Positions 26,881 to 41,933 are shown, counted from the stretch's first letter. The stretch: 64,000 nt of DNA from Octopus vulgaris (GCA_951406725.2 OX597819.1:103230001-103294000), one strand, 5' to 3'. Notes: generated by a model not told the origin, from the sequence alone. A program made the numbers and translations.

Positions 26881-27942
26881 GGTTATATTTCTTTTATTTC
26901 TATGTATGTATGTATGTATGTATGTATGTATGTATGTATGTATGTATGTATGTATGTATGTATGTATGTATGTATGTATGCATGTATGTATGTTTGTATG
27001 TATATATATATGCATGAATGTACCGAGATAGATTGGCATTTCACCGAGCAAAGTTTGGGAAAAGGTACTTACCAATAAAATATCTGAATAATTCACTTCA
27101 TCAAACACTAGAAACTATGATAAATGAGATTCATTCTTAAAATATTCAAATAATAAACCAAATATTTACTCAGAAACACACACACATTAATTGGCGCATC
27201 TACTCAGAAGACGGCTACACGTATGACCAAAATATCAGTGGACTGTACTTCATCACGTATACTGGGAAAAGTATTTCCCCACTTTGTTCACTAACCAACA
27301 GTGCTGTTAGATATTATAAGCGGCTCAATATATAACATTGACTAACCGATTCTTCAGTCGTTGAATGACGAAAACATACATAAAGAAAATGCTGCATCCG
27401 AATTATGCACGCAGACAACACATTCACACCCTTACATACATATTATCGTTTATAATCGTTTCACTAATTTTCAAATTACCTCATAAATTTCACCCGACTC
27501 CATCCCCCGCCTATACACATTCTCAATGGTCCATCTAATAAATCTGCTCTTTATTCGCTATTACTGACCAATTGTTATAATCTGATAATCCAACAATTGA
27601 TATATGTAGTAGCCCAATATAATAACACTGACTTCTGAGACTTACCTATCATTCTTTTACATTTACACTTACTCTATCTCCCTCTATCATTCTTTCTCCG
27701 TTCGTAACTCACACAGTGATACTTTAATTTTCGCTCTCTACTTCCTCTCTCTTTTTCTCTGCTCCACTTTCACTTTCATTTCTTGTCTCTGTTTCTCTCT
27801 CATTCTTTCCTTATTCACTTCACTGTTTGACCCTTCACTTATTGACCCTTTTCCTCCCTCTCCATTCTTTTTTACTGTTGAATCTTTATGCCACTTTCAT
27901 TGTTTAGTTCTTCTCTCAATCACTCACTCATTCACTCTCTCT

Positions 27943-27988
<46 letters not shown>

Positions 27989-28284
27989 AAGTACCCATCT
28001 TCACTTTTTACAATTTATCTGTGAGACTCTTGTCCTCAACCTCCCACTAATACAGTTGCAAGTCGATAATTGCACGGAAGACATGCGCTGGAGGATGGAA
28101 TTCCAGCGAGAAATTCTGGTTCTGTGGAGGAAGAACTAAACCGAACTTTTGGATGGAAAACGGAAGGCGATACTCGAGCTCCATGCGGCCCTTTATGACT
28201 TTCTGCACCCATAACTTCTGTACCCATAATTCCATGATAATACAGGGTGTTTCAAAAAATTTGATGTCATTTTGCAATCTAATA

Positions 28285-28360
28285 CGGGTATATGGCGTAG
28301 TGGTTAAGAGCACGGGCTATTAACCCCAAGATTCCGAGTTCGATTCTAGGCAGTGACCTG
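28285..28360 (+). mobile_element. Short tRNA-like element (copy of 5496) inserted in the mariner left end
   Basis: A-box TGGCGTAGTGG and B-box GTTCGATTC, followed by a (TTA)n/(TAA)n tract at 28361-28571. Confidence 0.75.
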
Positions 28361-28362
28361 AA

Positions 28363-29776
<1,414 letters not shown>

Positions 29777-29779
<3 letters not shown>

Positions 29780-31662
29780 CATAAAATTCATAGAGCACTC
29801 TATGAATAAATGGCAAACAGTCTTACACCTCCAAACAAAAGAGGGACTCATGAAAACCAAAGACATCCCCATTAGAAGAGGAATATTCCAGGGAGACACG
29901 CTCTCTCCACTCCTTTTCTGCTTGGCACTGTCACCTCTATCTGATATGCTAAATAGAACTGGATGCGGATATAAATGTTACGGTAAAACGATCAGCCACC
30001 TTTTATATATGGATGCCCTAAAACTATACGCTGCAAATGACAAACAGCTGGAAACACTATTAAAGACAGTTCATGGATTTACCAAAGAAATAGATATGAA
30101 ATTTGGATTAGAAAAATGCGCCAAAGTAACCATGAAAAGAGGAAAACTAGTTAAGAGTAACAACATCACACTAGATAAAACCAATGAAATAAAAGAATTA
30201 GACCAAAGCTAAACATACAAATACTTAGGAATCCATGAACTAGATAAGACACAACACACACAAATGAAAGAGAAAATAAAAAAAGAATATTATAGACGAG
30301 TTAGATCAATACTAAAAACAGAGCTCAATGCTAAAAACAAGATAATAGGTATCAACACTTTAGCTGTCCCAGTTATAAGTTACAGCTACAATATCCTTAA
30401 CTGGACACGAAATGAACTGACCAAAATAGATAGGAAAACAAGAAAAATAATGACAGGATCAAGGATGCATCACCCAAAATCTGACATAGAAAGACTATAT
30501 ATACAACGTATAGAAGGTGGTAGAGGCCTTATACAGCTGGAAAACTACTATAAAATAACCACCATAGGACTGCAAAAATATCTACTTCAGAAGGAAGGAA
30601 AACTGATCCAGATAGCGGCAAAACACGAGCAAAACAAAAAACTGTTCTCAGTATTTAAGGAAGCTGACAAATACAAACAAGAAATCATACCACCTAATAG
30701 ACATGAAGAAGAAGAAGAAGATGAAGAAACAACAAAAGCTATAAAACAAATGAAATTCAAACTAAAACTAGAACAGCAACGAACCATGATAAAACGATGG
30801 CAAGAAAAGCCCCTTCATGGTAAATACTGGACTAAACTAAACGCAAAAGAAATAGACAAAGAAAAATCCCAGCAATGGTTGAGAAGCTCAGGACTCAAAG
30901 CAGAAACAGAGGGATTTTTAATTGCAGCACAAGACCAAAGCCTCCCCACCAGAAATTACCAAAAACATGTAATGAAAAGAAATATTACAAGTAACTGCAG
31001 AATATGTGGAGATGGACAAGAAACAATAAATCATATTATCTCTAGCTGCCCAGTCCTGGCTAAGAAGGAATATATTCACAGACATGACAGAGTTGGAACC
31101 TACATACATTGGAAGCTATGCCAACATTATGGAATAACAACAGAAAAAAGATGGTATAGGCACACACCAGAAAAGGTCACAGAAAACGAGAAAGCAACCA
31201 TACTCTGGGATATGCCGATACACACAGATAGAGAAATTAAGGCCAAGAGACCAGATATAGTTGTCAGAGATCATGAAGAAAAAAAATTCTTTCTAATTGA
31301 TGTATCAATACCGGCAGATGACAACGTGTCTCTAAAAGAAATGGAGAAACTCTCAAAATATAAAGACCTGGAAATAGAGGTAACTAGAATGTGGAATCTG
31401 AAAACAGAAACAATTCCTATCATAGTAGGTGCATTAGGCATGATAAAAAAATATTCAAACAAATACATAACAAAAACACCAGGACTTACAAACACATATA
31501 ACATACAGAAAATTGCACTACTAGGCACTGCACACATCCTACGCAGAACACTTTCCATACAATAACCATCAGAGCATCACAACAAATCACAGCACATACC
31601 CAAGGCACACAGAGCTGTGCTCGGTAGTGAAGTGAAAACACGCTATAAAAATAAAACTACTG
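29777..31662 (+). mobile_element. R4/Dong-like element, family A, 5'-truncated 1.9 kb
   Basis: Highly similar to 21950-23829, including the 3'UTR. RT motif RGIFQGDTLSPLLF is present, catalytic YMDD is mutated to YMDA, and there is a single stop at 30210-30212. Confidence 0.92.
30264..31565 (+). CDS. Open remnant of the Dong-A ORF: RT thumb, GGRGL, CCHC knuckle and RLE endonuclease
   Basis: 433-aa ORF with GGRGL, CRICGDGQETINHIISSC, RHDRV, RPDIV, IDVSIP and EKLSKY. Confidence 0.75.
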   Translation: MKEKIKKEYYRRVRSILKTELNAKNKIIGINTLAVPVISYSYNILNWTRNELTKIDRKTRKIMTGSRMHHPKSDIERLYIQRIEGGRGLIQLENYYKITTIGLQKYLLQKEGKLIQIAAKHEQNKKLFSVFKEADKYKQEIIPPNRHEEEEEDEETTKAIKQMKFKLKLEQQRTMIKRWQEKPLHGKYWTKLNAKEIDKEKSQQWLRSSGLKAETEGFLIAAQDQSLPTRNYQKHVMKRNITSNCRICGDGQETINHIISSCPVLAKKEYIHRHDRVGTYIHWKLCQHYGITTEKRWYRHTPEKVTENEKATILWDMPIHTDREIKAKRPDIVVRDHEEKKFFLIDVSIPADDNVSLKEMEKLSKYKDLEIEVTRMWNLKTETIPIIVGALGMIKKYSNKYITKTPGLTNTYNIQKIALLGTAHILRRTLSIQ

Positions 31663-31678
31663 AATAATAATAATAATA

Positions 31679-31883
31679 ACTCAACCTGAAGAAAATTCTA
31701 ACTGGGCCCCACCTGCAAGGTCATGTGCTGTTTATCTTGATATGAGATCACCATGTCGCGCACATATGGTTGTGATGCATGTGCCTGGTATACCCTTATC
31801 AGACGGGTAGTCATGATGGGTATGTTGGGCTTCATATATTTTACCCCAGTGTCACTTTGATGGCATGAACTGCTCTCTCGCTC
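31679..31883 (+). mobile_element. Retroposon 'X', 5'-truncated copy
   Basis: Matches the 3' ~205 bp of 44396-44953(-) and ends ctctc.ctc followed by aata. Confidence 0.85.
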
Positions 31884-31931
31884 AATACTAATAATAATGG
31901 TGATGGTGATGATGATGATGATGATGATGAA

Positions 31932-31976
<45 letters not shown>

Positions 31977-31998
31977 GGTGGTGATGATGATGATGATC

Positions 31999-32042
<44 letters not shown>

Positions 32043-32147
32043 TTTGCAAGTGCTTGTTCAAATGACATCAAATTTTAACAGCTTGTATAGAAATAGGACA
32101 AAATTTTATGTTTAAGGTTTGATATGTTTATCTTTTCAGGTATAGAA

Positions 32148-32770
32148 ATGGCATTAACTGGAAGAGAAAAGGCGTTTTGTGTGTTGGAGTATGCTTGAAC
32201 ACAATCGAACAAAACTGTGCAGCGTGCATTTTTGAGAGATTTCACAAAAAATCACCCACGACAATGCAGATTTGGATATGGCACAAAAAATTCAAAGAGA
32301 AAGGCTGTCTGTACAGGGTAAAAGGATCTGGATGACCACTAACATCGGAAGAGACGGTCGAGCAGGTTAGCCAAAGACTCTTGCGAAGCCTCAAGAAGTC
32401 CATAAGAAGAACAAGTCTGGAAACCCAGATTCCTCTAACAACAATTTGGCGCGTCCTGAAGAAACGCTTGCTATTGAAACAAGCTCGCTACAAGCTGCAG
32501 CTCGTTGAGACTATAACAACAGATTACAAGCGAAAGCGCAAACAATTCTGTGTTGATATACAGAGAAACTTGAAGAATCCGAGTTCAAGAACACTTTGTT
32601 TTCAGTGATGAGGCCATATTTCATACGAATGGCAAAGTCAATAAGCATAATATTTGCATTTGGAACGAAGAAAATCCCCATGCCACAGTTGAGCATGGGA
32701 GGGACTCACCAAAAGTGAATGTGTTCTGCGCCATCTCCAAGAAGCATCTTCATGGCCCGTTTTTCTTTTC
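32148..32770 (+). pseudogene. Tc1/mariner transposase pseudogene (DUF4817-type HTH, first catalytic D only)
   Basis: MALTGREKAFCVLEYA*TQSNKTVQRAF..., RSLKKSIRRTS, FSDEAIFHTNGKVNKHNICIWNEENPH..EHGRDSPKVNVFCAIS..GPFFF. Contains stops and frameshifts, and the C-terminal half is deleted. Resembles the rosa/DD41D type, but the spacing cannot be verified. Confidence 0.85.
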
Positions 32771-33330
32771 GTTCATAGAATCCACATACCTTTGAATTTC
32801 TCATTCGAATTTGGATGAAAAAAATTTATGTTGCCCGACATTAAGCCTGTTCAGTTTCATTTGCTTTGACTATATATTTTCTGTGATATCAAATTTCTTG
32901 AAACACCCTGTATAAATCAAATAACGTTTTACTTAGTTTCTGTGGCTTGAAAGAATGTATTGGCTTGTCAAATCATCAGCAGAAGTGTCTTGCTCAATTC
33001 GCTCCATTTTCTTGCGAACTGAATTCAAAGTCAGTTTTTCCCTTTCATATTCCGGAATTGGTAAATAAAATACCTGTCAATGGCAGTGGACTTTCAGAAT
33101 CATTGGAACATCAGCTAGGATGTCCAACAAGAGCCAATCGAATTCCGCGATAGCCTACTTATTTCCGCGATGGCTAGACTTAATCCATCGCCATCTAATC
33201 CTTAAGTGTTTGCTGCAGATTATTACAAGCATTCAGGCCACCTAAGCCTCCTCACCAGTCTCTTAGAAGCTTCAAAATTATCAAGGATAATTTTTCGCCT
33301 TCTATCAAAACCATTAAGAAAAACACACAT

Positions 33331-33490
33331 GCGCAGCTGCGGCTGAGTGGAAAGAAGCTTGCTTCTCAAACACATAGTTCTGAGTTCAGTCCACTGCGTG
33401 GTACCACTGGCGAGTGTCTTCTACTATGGTCCCGGGCCGACCAATGACTTCTGAATGAATTGGAACAAGGAAACTGAAAGAAACCCGTCC

Positions 33491-33531
<41 letters not shown>

Positions 33532-33795
33532 GTGTATGTCTGTGTGTGTATGTCTGTGTGTGTGTGGTGTGTGTGTGTGTATGTGTGTGTGCGTGTGTAT
33601 GTGTTTGTGTTTGTCCAGACTCCGCTTAACGGGTGTTGCTGTGTTTATGTCCCAGTAACGTAGCGGTTGTTCAAATGAGGCCGATAGAATAAGTACCAAG
33701 CTTTAGAAAATGGGCACTGGAGTCATTTCGCTCGACTAAAGATACTTTAAGGCTGTGCTCCAGAATGACCGCAGCTAAATGACTGAAACAAACTA
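33331..33795 (+). mobile_element. tRNA-derived SINE, family 1
   Basis: Same head, (TG)n middle and 3' half as 13059. Confidence 0.75.
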
Positions 33796-35132
33796 AACAA
33801 AAGATATGGTTCGATTTTATAATTTAAAAAATTTTGTTTCTCTGTTCAAGAAGAGAATTTGGCAGAGTCATTAGAGCGCTGGAATGAACCCCACGCATAA
33901 TTTGTTCTGACGCTCTGCGCTCGGTGTTCAAATCCCACAGAGCTCAACTTTGCATTTCATCACCGATAAAACAGTAACAACACAGAAAGCTTCTGTAGCA
34001 GCACTGTTGAAAGGGTAGCCAAGGGGCTTTGCGATATTTACTCCAACTCTTTCTATTCCTACAGGAACGCTTCCGGCGGCCCTTGTGGTGAAGTGTGCCT
34101 GTGTAATTCGGAATCCATTCCCTTGGATATTATTACTAGTGTAGAGAAGAGAGACTTGCATACATGGTCAACCGCCAGTGTTCTTTAAAAAAAATCTGAT
34201 CTAGTCTAAACATGCACATGCAGTTGAGTACTGAATTTTAATCTACGGAGCATTGCCCTTCCATTTCGCTTTCTTCCTCTCATTCGCTCATGCATTTTCT
34301 CGATCAAATTTTTAAGAGAATTTATTTAATGTCCTATATGATTTATTGTGTACTACATAAAACGATTGCTAAATCATTGTTTTAGTAACGTGTACACATA
34401 TATACTTCGGTCTCTAAAATTCATTTGCCGTCTTTCTTTTAATTACTCTGCTAGAATTATGCGTCGATTTGTGATAAGTGATATCACATAAGTCACTGTG
34501 CAAGAAGGAAATTTTGTAATAATTGCTGCAAATCTGACTTTTCTACAAGCTGGTCCTAAGTACAGACGTTGTTGTTGTCACAGACGAAAATATATCAAAA
34601 ATACTTTCAAAAAGGCAAGACTTAACTATAAAATGCAATATAGAAAAATTAAACGATAATATATATATATATATATATAATTACACTTACACAAACATGT
34701 GTATATGAGGATAGGCACAAATATAAGCAGCTATACACAGCTATAAAAGGATATAATAAATAATAATTTAGGCAATAAATTTTTGTGCAGAGGAAATATA
34801 AATTTTAATACTGTGAATGGAATATTAAAATAATTTATGGATATGTTATTAGCGTCATAAATGAAGAGATAGAGAAAATTGTTAAAAGGGAAACGCTATA
34901 AGAAATACGATAAATTGATAAGATAATACAAATAAATATAGGATTTGACATCAAAAAGTGAAATATTGACAATGATAAGTACACAAATATTGGAGATAGC
35001 AAAGATATAAATTTATAAATAACGTAAATGTCGATATACATAAATGCGTATATGCGTCTATGTGCATATATATATTTATGTATATGTTTACACACACACA
35101 CATATATATATGTATATATATATATGTGTGTG

Positions 35133-35181
<49 letters not shown>

Positions 35182-35208
35182 GAATATTCAAACACACACA
35201 TACACAGA

Positions 35209-35244
<36 letters not shown>

Positions 35245-35614
35245 TGTATTTGTGTGTGCATAAATGTATGCATAACGTGTTAGGCAAAGATAAAATAAAT
35301 AGATAAATTATCACAATAAACGAAGAGGGAATAAAAATAAAGGACAATGTAGAATTATGAGAATAACAAAGAATAAATAGACTACAAATTAATTAATAAT
35401 TATAATAATTGGTGAAAAGAAATCAGCAGGAAATCAATTAAATATAATTATTTGTATAATAATTAGATGAATATAGATAACAAATAAGTGAAAGTAATAA
35501 TTAAATGTATGCATATATCGATAAAAATCATATAACCAGACGAATGAATTGAACGATGAAGAACATAGCACAAATAATAATGATAATAGTAACAACAACA
35601 ACAACAACAACAAC

Positions 35615-35692
<78 letters not shown>

Positions 35693-35836
35693 AAACAATA
35701 GTAATAATTAAAAGGAAATAAAATGCAAATCATAATGAATTTGTGCTTTAGTGGGATATTTCTGAGATATGCGTGCGTGTTTGTGTGCGTACCTCTGTGT
35801 GTGCATATGTGTGTGTATTTGTGTGTTTGTGTGTGT

Positions 35837-35868
<32 letters not shown>

Positions 35869-37140
35869 AATGTATTAGAAATATAATTATGAAACTAATG
35901 GAATAAAATTGAGATAATGATGGAAAATTAGAAACGATTTAATGAGAATAATAATTACAATAAAATAGAAGCAAATGTATACAAATAATTATTTTAATTT
36001 AAACAAGTTAAATGGAATCCAGGTGAGACTATTTGGTTCAGTGACGAAATCATGTCTCTCACGGCAATTAAATCAGCTAAATAATCCAGAAAAAAAAAGA
36101 ACAAATACGTTAACGCAAACGAGGAACAGCGACAACAGAGAATCAGTATAAAATTGAATTTCGAAGTGTGAAGGTGTAACGAGCGACTATATCAATAGCA
36201 GGAAATGGTAAAATACTGTGAAATCTTTTTCTGCGACAATACGCCACTCCTATAAAACAGGAAAATATGATAACAGTAAAGATAGAAGTAGAATTATGGG
36301 AATATTGAAGAATCATAAATGGATCCTTTAAGCAGAGTAAAAAATAAAATTTATAATTTGAGAAACATCGGCAGGAAATGAGTTGAATATAATTATTTGC
36401 ATAATAGTGTGAACGCATGTCCGTATGTGAGTTTTTCCCTAGGTAACCAATAAATGATCTTTGATAGCATATAGCACCTTTAACAGTCGACATTTCTGTA
36501 GTAAATTCTTTAACCAAGCATTTTTGCTTCATCTGGATATATAGTAATTTAAATATATTTTGATCCTGTAAAGCACGATATCCATGTTTCCCGGTAGTGC
36601 ACGACTGGGTATCCCCTAAACTGCCTGTCATGCTGACCAAAATCAGTTATTTGTTTATTCAAGTGTTTTCCTAATACTTTATTGAGTGTGCAGTGACTGA
36701 TGACAATATCATAATTCAAATAGTGCACATATTAGCTTTTGTAATGAGATGATAACATGAGATCGATGGTTACCTATTGCAAATGATAGATAACCAAATT
36801 GTTTAAAACTTATTTTACTGAAGAAAAAATTTATGTTTTAACCAATAAAAACATGTCCTAGGAAAGTATCACTGAAAGTGAACAACTTGAACGAGCACCA
36901 CTTACGTATGTAATAAACGAACAACTGAAAATAATTAAATCTATGAATACATCAATAGAAACAGGTCACTTTGTCTTTCTGTCCTCAAATAAAACTGCCT
37001 CTTGCCGCATACAACAGTGGAAATGCAGATGTTCTTAGCAGCCGTTGTAAATGTATAGTGTGTCGATAAGAACATCTATACTCTTATCGACACACACAAT
37101 CACTTACATATACACACACAAACACAGATACACACATACA

Positions 37141-37295
37141 TTTCAGCTTCTGTCTACTAAATCCACTCACAAGGATTAGATCGGTCCAAGGCTATAGGAG
37201 AAGACACTTCCCGAAGATGCTATGCAGTGGAACTGAACCCGAAACCATGTGGTTAGGAAGCAATCTTCTTTCCACATAGCCACGCCTGCGCCTAT
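37141..37295 (-). mobile_element. tRNA-derived SINE, family 1 (5' half)
   Basis: Reverse complement reads taggcgcaggcgtggctatgtgg...ggttcagttccactgc...gagtggatttagtagac. Confidence 0.75.
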
Positions 37296-37992
37296 ATAAA
37301 AAAAATTCACATTATCCGTTTGTTGTTAAATCCATATTTGTCTCAAGCAGTGACATCAAAATATGACAGTCATTTTACAGATACCAACTTAAGTATAAAT
37401 ATTTACAACCTCACGGACTAATACAATGATTTCAGCAATGGAAATATGTATATGGAACTTTGAAATTGAGTCTGAGAACTGGAACTCATGGTTATTTAAG
37501 AAGTTGCTTAGCCCCAGATCAGTCCTCACTGACCAGACCTATGACAAAAATTCATTATAGGAAGAAAATTTGGGCGCACATATAATGTATCCTTCCACTC
37601 CTTTTAAAGCATTGAATTGTGATGGAGAAAAGATTTGGTTGTTATTTATGGAAGGACAAGAGGCTATATAGTGGCTCCCTCAGACAGCATATATGCATTG
37701 ACACACACATTTATTTATATTTACTGTGCCACCTTAAGGCCTGGGTAAACTGGGCAGTTTCCCGGAGGTCGATAATGTTACTATGAGGTTTTTATATATA
37801 CGTTTTATATATACGTAAGCCTATACTATTGTAATGCGACAGTATTACAAATGCCTTACAGTGGATTTAGTAAATTAGAAGAGGCAAATCAAGAGATGGA
37901 AGAGGCTAAATCGCCTTACCAAATATTTGCCTGAGTTTGTGTGGGTGTACGTGTATGTGTGTTTGTGAGTGTATATATATATATATATATCA

Positions 37993-38052
<60 letters not shown>

Positions 38053-39347
38053 AATATAGATACAGATATATACGTTTTTGTACATAAAGAATAACATTGG
38101 TTTCATTTTAAGAAATACCTCCAAATTATCAAGCCTATCGGAAGGAACATGGAGACGAACACTGATGTTGCATGCAGCAGGCTTGATAAGTGTTGAACGT
38201 TAGTTCATGTCCATGGAGGACAACAAGCGAAAGTTAACTTCTGTGGGACTTGAAGGTAATATAGAGAATGATTTAGCTAGATACCTCATAACTTTCTAAA
38301 GGCTATACAAATGCACGACTCAGATGTAAATTTTACCTCCAATAATCCAATTAGAATCAGCATCTCACACGTTAGAAGTTGCTTCACACCCACATATCAA
38401 CCATTATCGAATATTCATATTGTCATAGCTTTACCATAGAGAGTCATACCGTTTTGTTTCAGACTGAGCATATTATATCATACCTGGGACTAGATTATTC
38501 ATCATGCACCTATTACTGTTCTTTTAAGAAGGGAGAGCTTATCTTGAGGGTAGAGTTCCGTTATTGTTACTAGGTATGATCTCTATCCTGAGTTTCCTCG
38601 TTTCTCTTGAACTGTAAGGAGGAAAATAAATACAGTGAAATTCTTTAAAATTCTACGGCATTCGAACTAATTCCACTATATAGAAGTTATTTGTTGCACT
38701 ACGACACACGTAACAAACGTCTCCTAGATTACAATAACAGAAAAGAAAAGAACGACAATACCAACAATGACAACATCGACAAGAAATCACATAAATGGAA
38801 TTAAGTATACAAAAATTATAATTATAAACAAACAGATCAATGCGAAGATTCACGTAGATATTTGGACAACAATAACTAAAGGTCTAAGAAATCTATATAT
38901 TTAGATAAATGAAATTATAAATAAACAATGGAAATAGTATTTAATTAATCACTTTTATGTAGATTCCATCTTCAGTAAATGTTTGTCAGTCAAAGATTTA
39001 GCCACTTTAATTACCATATTGTTTATCTTGGCCAAGACGCTTTTTTACCCCTGGGACTCTTAGAAATATAAATTTTGCAGAGAAATAATTTTGCAAGTCT
39101 CTGATTGCTTTGAATTGCGTTTGCCTTTTTATTATTCTTATTGTCTCTGATAGTGAGTGTACTGTATACATTCATTTGTGCATATGGGTATATATTATAT
39201 CTGTGTGTCTGTGGTGTATGCATGATTTTGTATATGTGATTGATATTTAGGAGACTGTGTGTCTACAGATGTGCATTCAGTTACACCAAAGATTAACGAT
39301 TACGTTTGAAATTCTGATTGACTAAGAATGAAGCACACACACACAAG

Positions 39348-39385
<38 letters not shown>

Positions 39386-39582
39386 TACACACACACACAT
39401 AAACACACACAGACGCGCGCACATATATGTATATAGATGTATAGTACCATATATACATAAATGAATACTTTCAGAAAAATGACGTTTATCCATTCTACAC
39501 TCACGCACACACATACACGCACATACACACAGACATATGTATGTATATATATCTGTGTGTGCGCGTGTATGTAGCTATATAC

Positions 39583-39615
<33 letters not shown>

Positions 39616-39933
39616 CATATATATATACATTATATATATATATATAGTTATATACATATATATATTTTGTGCGTGCATGTGTGTACGTATATCTATGCCT
39701 TTATATATATATATATATATATATACACATACATATCTATTAGTACGTACGCACACTCCTCGCTCATACGCACACATACACACACACACACACATTCATA
39801 CATATATATAAGAGAAATAGACAGATACATGCATGCAAACACATACACATACAATCAAAGAGAGAGAGAGAGAAATAGAGGAAGAAAGAGAGAGAGAGAG
39901 AGAGAAAGAAAGAAAGAAAGAAAGAAAGAACGA

Positions 39934-39973
<40 letters not shown>

Positions 39974-40373
39974 GAGAGTGTGTGTGAGAGAGAGAAAGAA
40001 AAAGGGAGAAAAGACGCAGAAAAATCTATAGTTTGTATTATTATTAAAATATAATGATGCTAATTATACACTTATGTAAGACATGTATAAAATTAAGGAA
40101 ATATTCCACAATATTATTGTTAAAGCGGATTTCAATGGAAATGAAATTTTGAAGATGTTGTCTCATTACTGCGGTTAATGATATTTTACCATATAAAAGA
40201 AACTATCATAGTCCGTCTCTATGCCAGATAAATTATTTAGGAAGTGATGGTGATCAAGATGCAAAACAATTGCAGAAAAAACACACACACGCTCGCATTC
40301 ATTTGTAACTGATATACATACAGGCATTATATACATTACATACTTTTATACACACAGATGTATGCATGTGTCT

Positions 40374-40437
<64 letters not shown>

Positions 40438-40511
40438 TATATATTAATAGTAATGTAAGACATCAAAGAATGAAAGAGATCTCGACAGTATGTGAATAGA
40501 AGAATTTATCT

Positions 40512-40733
40512 GTAATATAATGTGTACCAATTATTCCGCTGCCATAATTAAGTTCCGAGTTTCGGATGCCGGGGCGGAAACCTGCTCCGGTATCTTTTCA
40601 GTTATCAAGTCAATCAAAATATGCTATGAAAATGACTGTTAAACAAAGGGAAATTACTATGTAGGTTTCCGCTCCGACATCCGAAACTCGAAGTTTTGTT
40701 ATGGCAACCGAATAATTGTCACGTTATATTATA
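40512..40733. repeat. Inverted repeat with ~70-bp arms carrying a degenerate hammerhead-like motif (probable PLE pLTR)
   Basis: taatataa.gtg..caattatt..g.tgccataa....cgagtttcggatg.cgg.gcggaaacct occurs in both orientations. The minus strand reads CTGAAAA-hairpin-CGAAAC. Confidence 0.65.
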
Positions 40734-40762
40734 TACACACACACACACATATATATATATAT

Positions 40763-41068
40763 GCTTCGGAGAACCTAATATACTCACTAACCTGCTCCGG
40801 GTGTCAAGAGCAGTACATAGGCCAAACAAAAAATGGTTTGCGTAAACGAATGGCCCTGCACAGATCCCAGATAAAAATTCCCCAAAACAGAAAAATAGCT
40901 TTTAGCCAACACATAGATACTTGCGCCAACAAAAAAACACCAAACTTCAGAATTTTCCCCCTCTACCAATTTAGGGACGATACAACCTCGAGACAACGAA
41001 TAAGTAAAGAAAATCTCTTTATTACAAAATACAAGCCACTTCTTAACGGGTCTACGACAAACAATTAA
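40763..41068 (+). pseudogene. GIY-YIG endonuclease domain (PLE), 5'-truncated but uninterrupted frame
   Basis: LIY-x3-CxxC-x3-YIGQT, conserved R..H, E and LN motifs. Confidence 0.85.
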
Positions 41069-41790
41069 TATACCTCAACTTTAGAATAAAAGAAAAATAT
41101 ATATACACACACAAATACTACACTCCATAGAATCCATTACTAATCAGCCCCTTCATAGCTATACTTACACCCATTCGTATTCTCCCTTCTCTGTTTTTTT
41201 TCTTCTTCTTCTTCTTCCTCTTCTTCTTCATCATCATCATTATCATCATCATCGTCGTCATCATCATCACCACCATCATCACCACCATCTTCTCCTTCTC
41301 CTCCTCCTTCTTCTTCTTCTTCTTCTTCATCATCATCATTATCATCATCATCGTCGTCATAATCATCACCACCATCACCATCATCGTCATCTTCTCCTTC
41401 TCCTTCTTCTTCTTCTTCTTCTACTACTACTTCTCCACCCCCTACCCCTTAACTTTGTCACTAATGTTTTTTAGTATAACACCTACGCTAATTCTATAAA
41501 CAAGCCTGTCAATATAAATATTCTCCTGAATTGAACTGAGACTGCCAGCCGCCACTGACCATTCAAAATACGACCATCAGGGCACTCCCAGATTCTCCCA
41601 CCCCACTTTCCTCACCAGCCTTCTTCCTCTACTACCCTAGCAAGAACTCACAACTACCTCGAACACACAAGTGCAAACAAGGGAGTCAGAGAAAGGCAGA
41701 ATGCCACTTAAATCTGAACACTACTATAGAAATATTCTTTTTAAAAAAACTTTTCTTCTAATTTTTCTAAATTTAATTATTTAATCGTTA

Positions 41791-41828
41791 CAGTTGAAAA
41801 GGTCTCAAAATGACCGAAACCGGTACTG
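41791..41828 (+). ncRNA. Minimal type I hammerhead ribozyme motif, U3:A8 core variant
   Basis: Helix I CAG/CTG, core TTGAAAA, helix II GGTC-TCAAAAT-GACC, GAAA, palindromic ACCGGT helix III, and a GUA cleavage triplet (A at 41825). Confidence 0.7.
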
Positions 41829-41877
41829 AAATGTTCACTATAAAATTATTTTAGCATTTTCTATTTTTGACTTGTTT

Positions 41878-41933
<56 letters not shown>

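Larger units (their letters stand above)
40763..41881 (+). mobile_element. Penelope-like element 3' fragment: GIY-YIG, 3'UTR and pLTR with hammerhead, bounded by (TA)n
   Basis: Frame from 40763 reads ASENLIYSLTCSGCQEQYIGQTKNGLRKRMALHRSQI...FSQHIDTC...R..KENLFITKYKPLLN (stop at 41066-41068). A hammerhead motif is at 41791-41828. Confidence 0.85.

Noticed and set aside
28285-28360. Genuine tRNA gene (also 5496-5570)
   Set aside because: No proper acceptor stem, the anticodon loop differs between copies (ACT versus ATT), and there is a microsatellite tail. It was treated as a tRNA-derived repeat.
33985-34190. Unique, moderately GC-rich stretch with open frames on both strands
   Set aside because: No recognisable domain or convincing splice pair. 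It cannot be assigned without a homology search.
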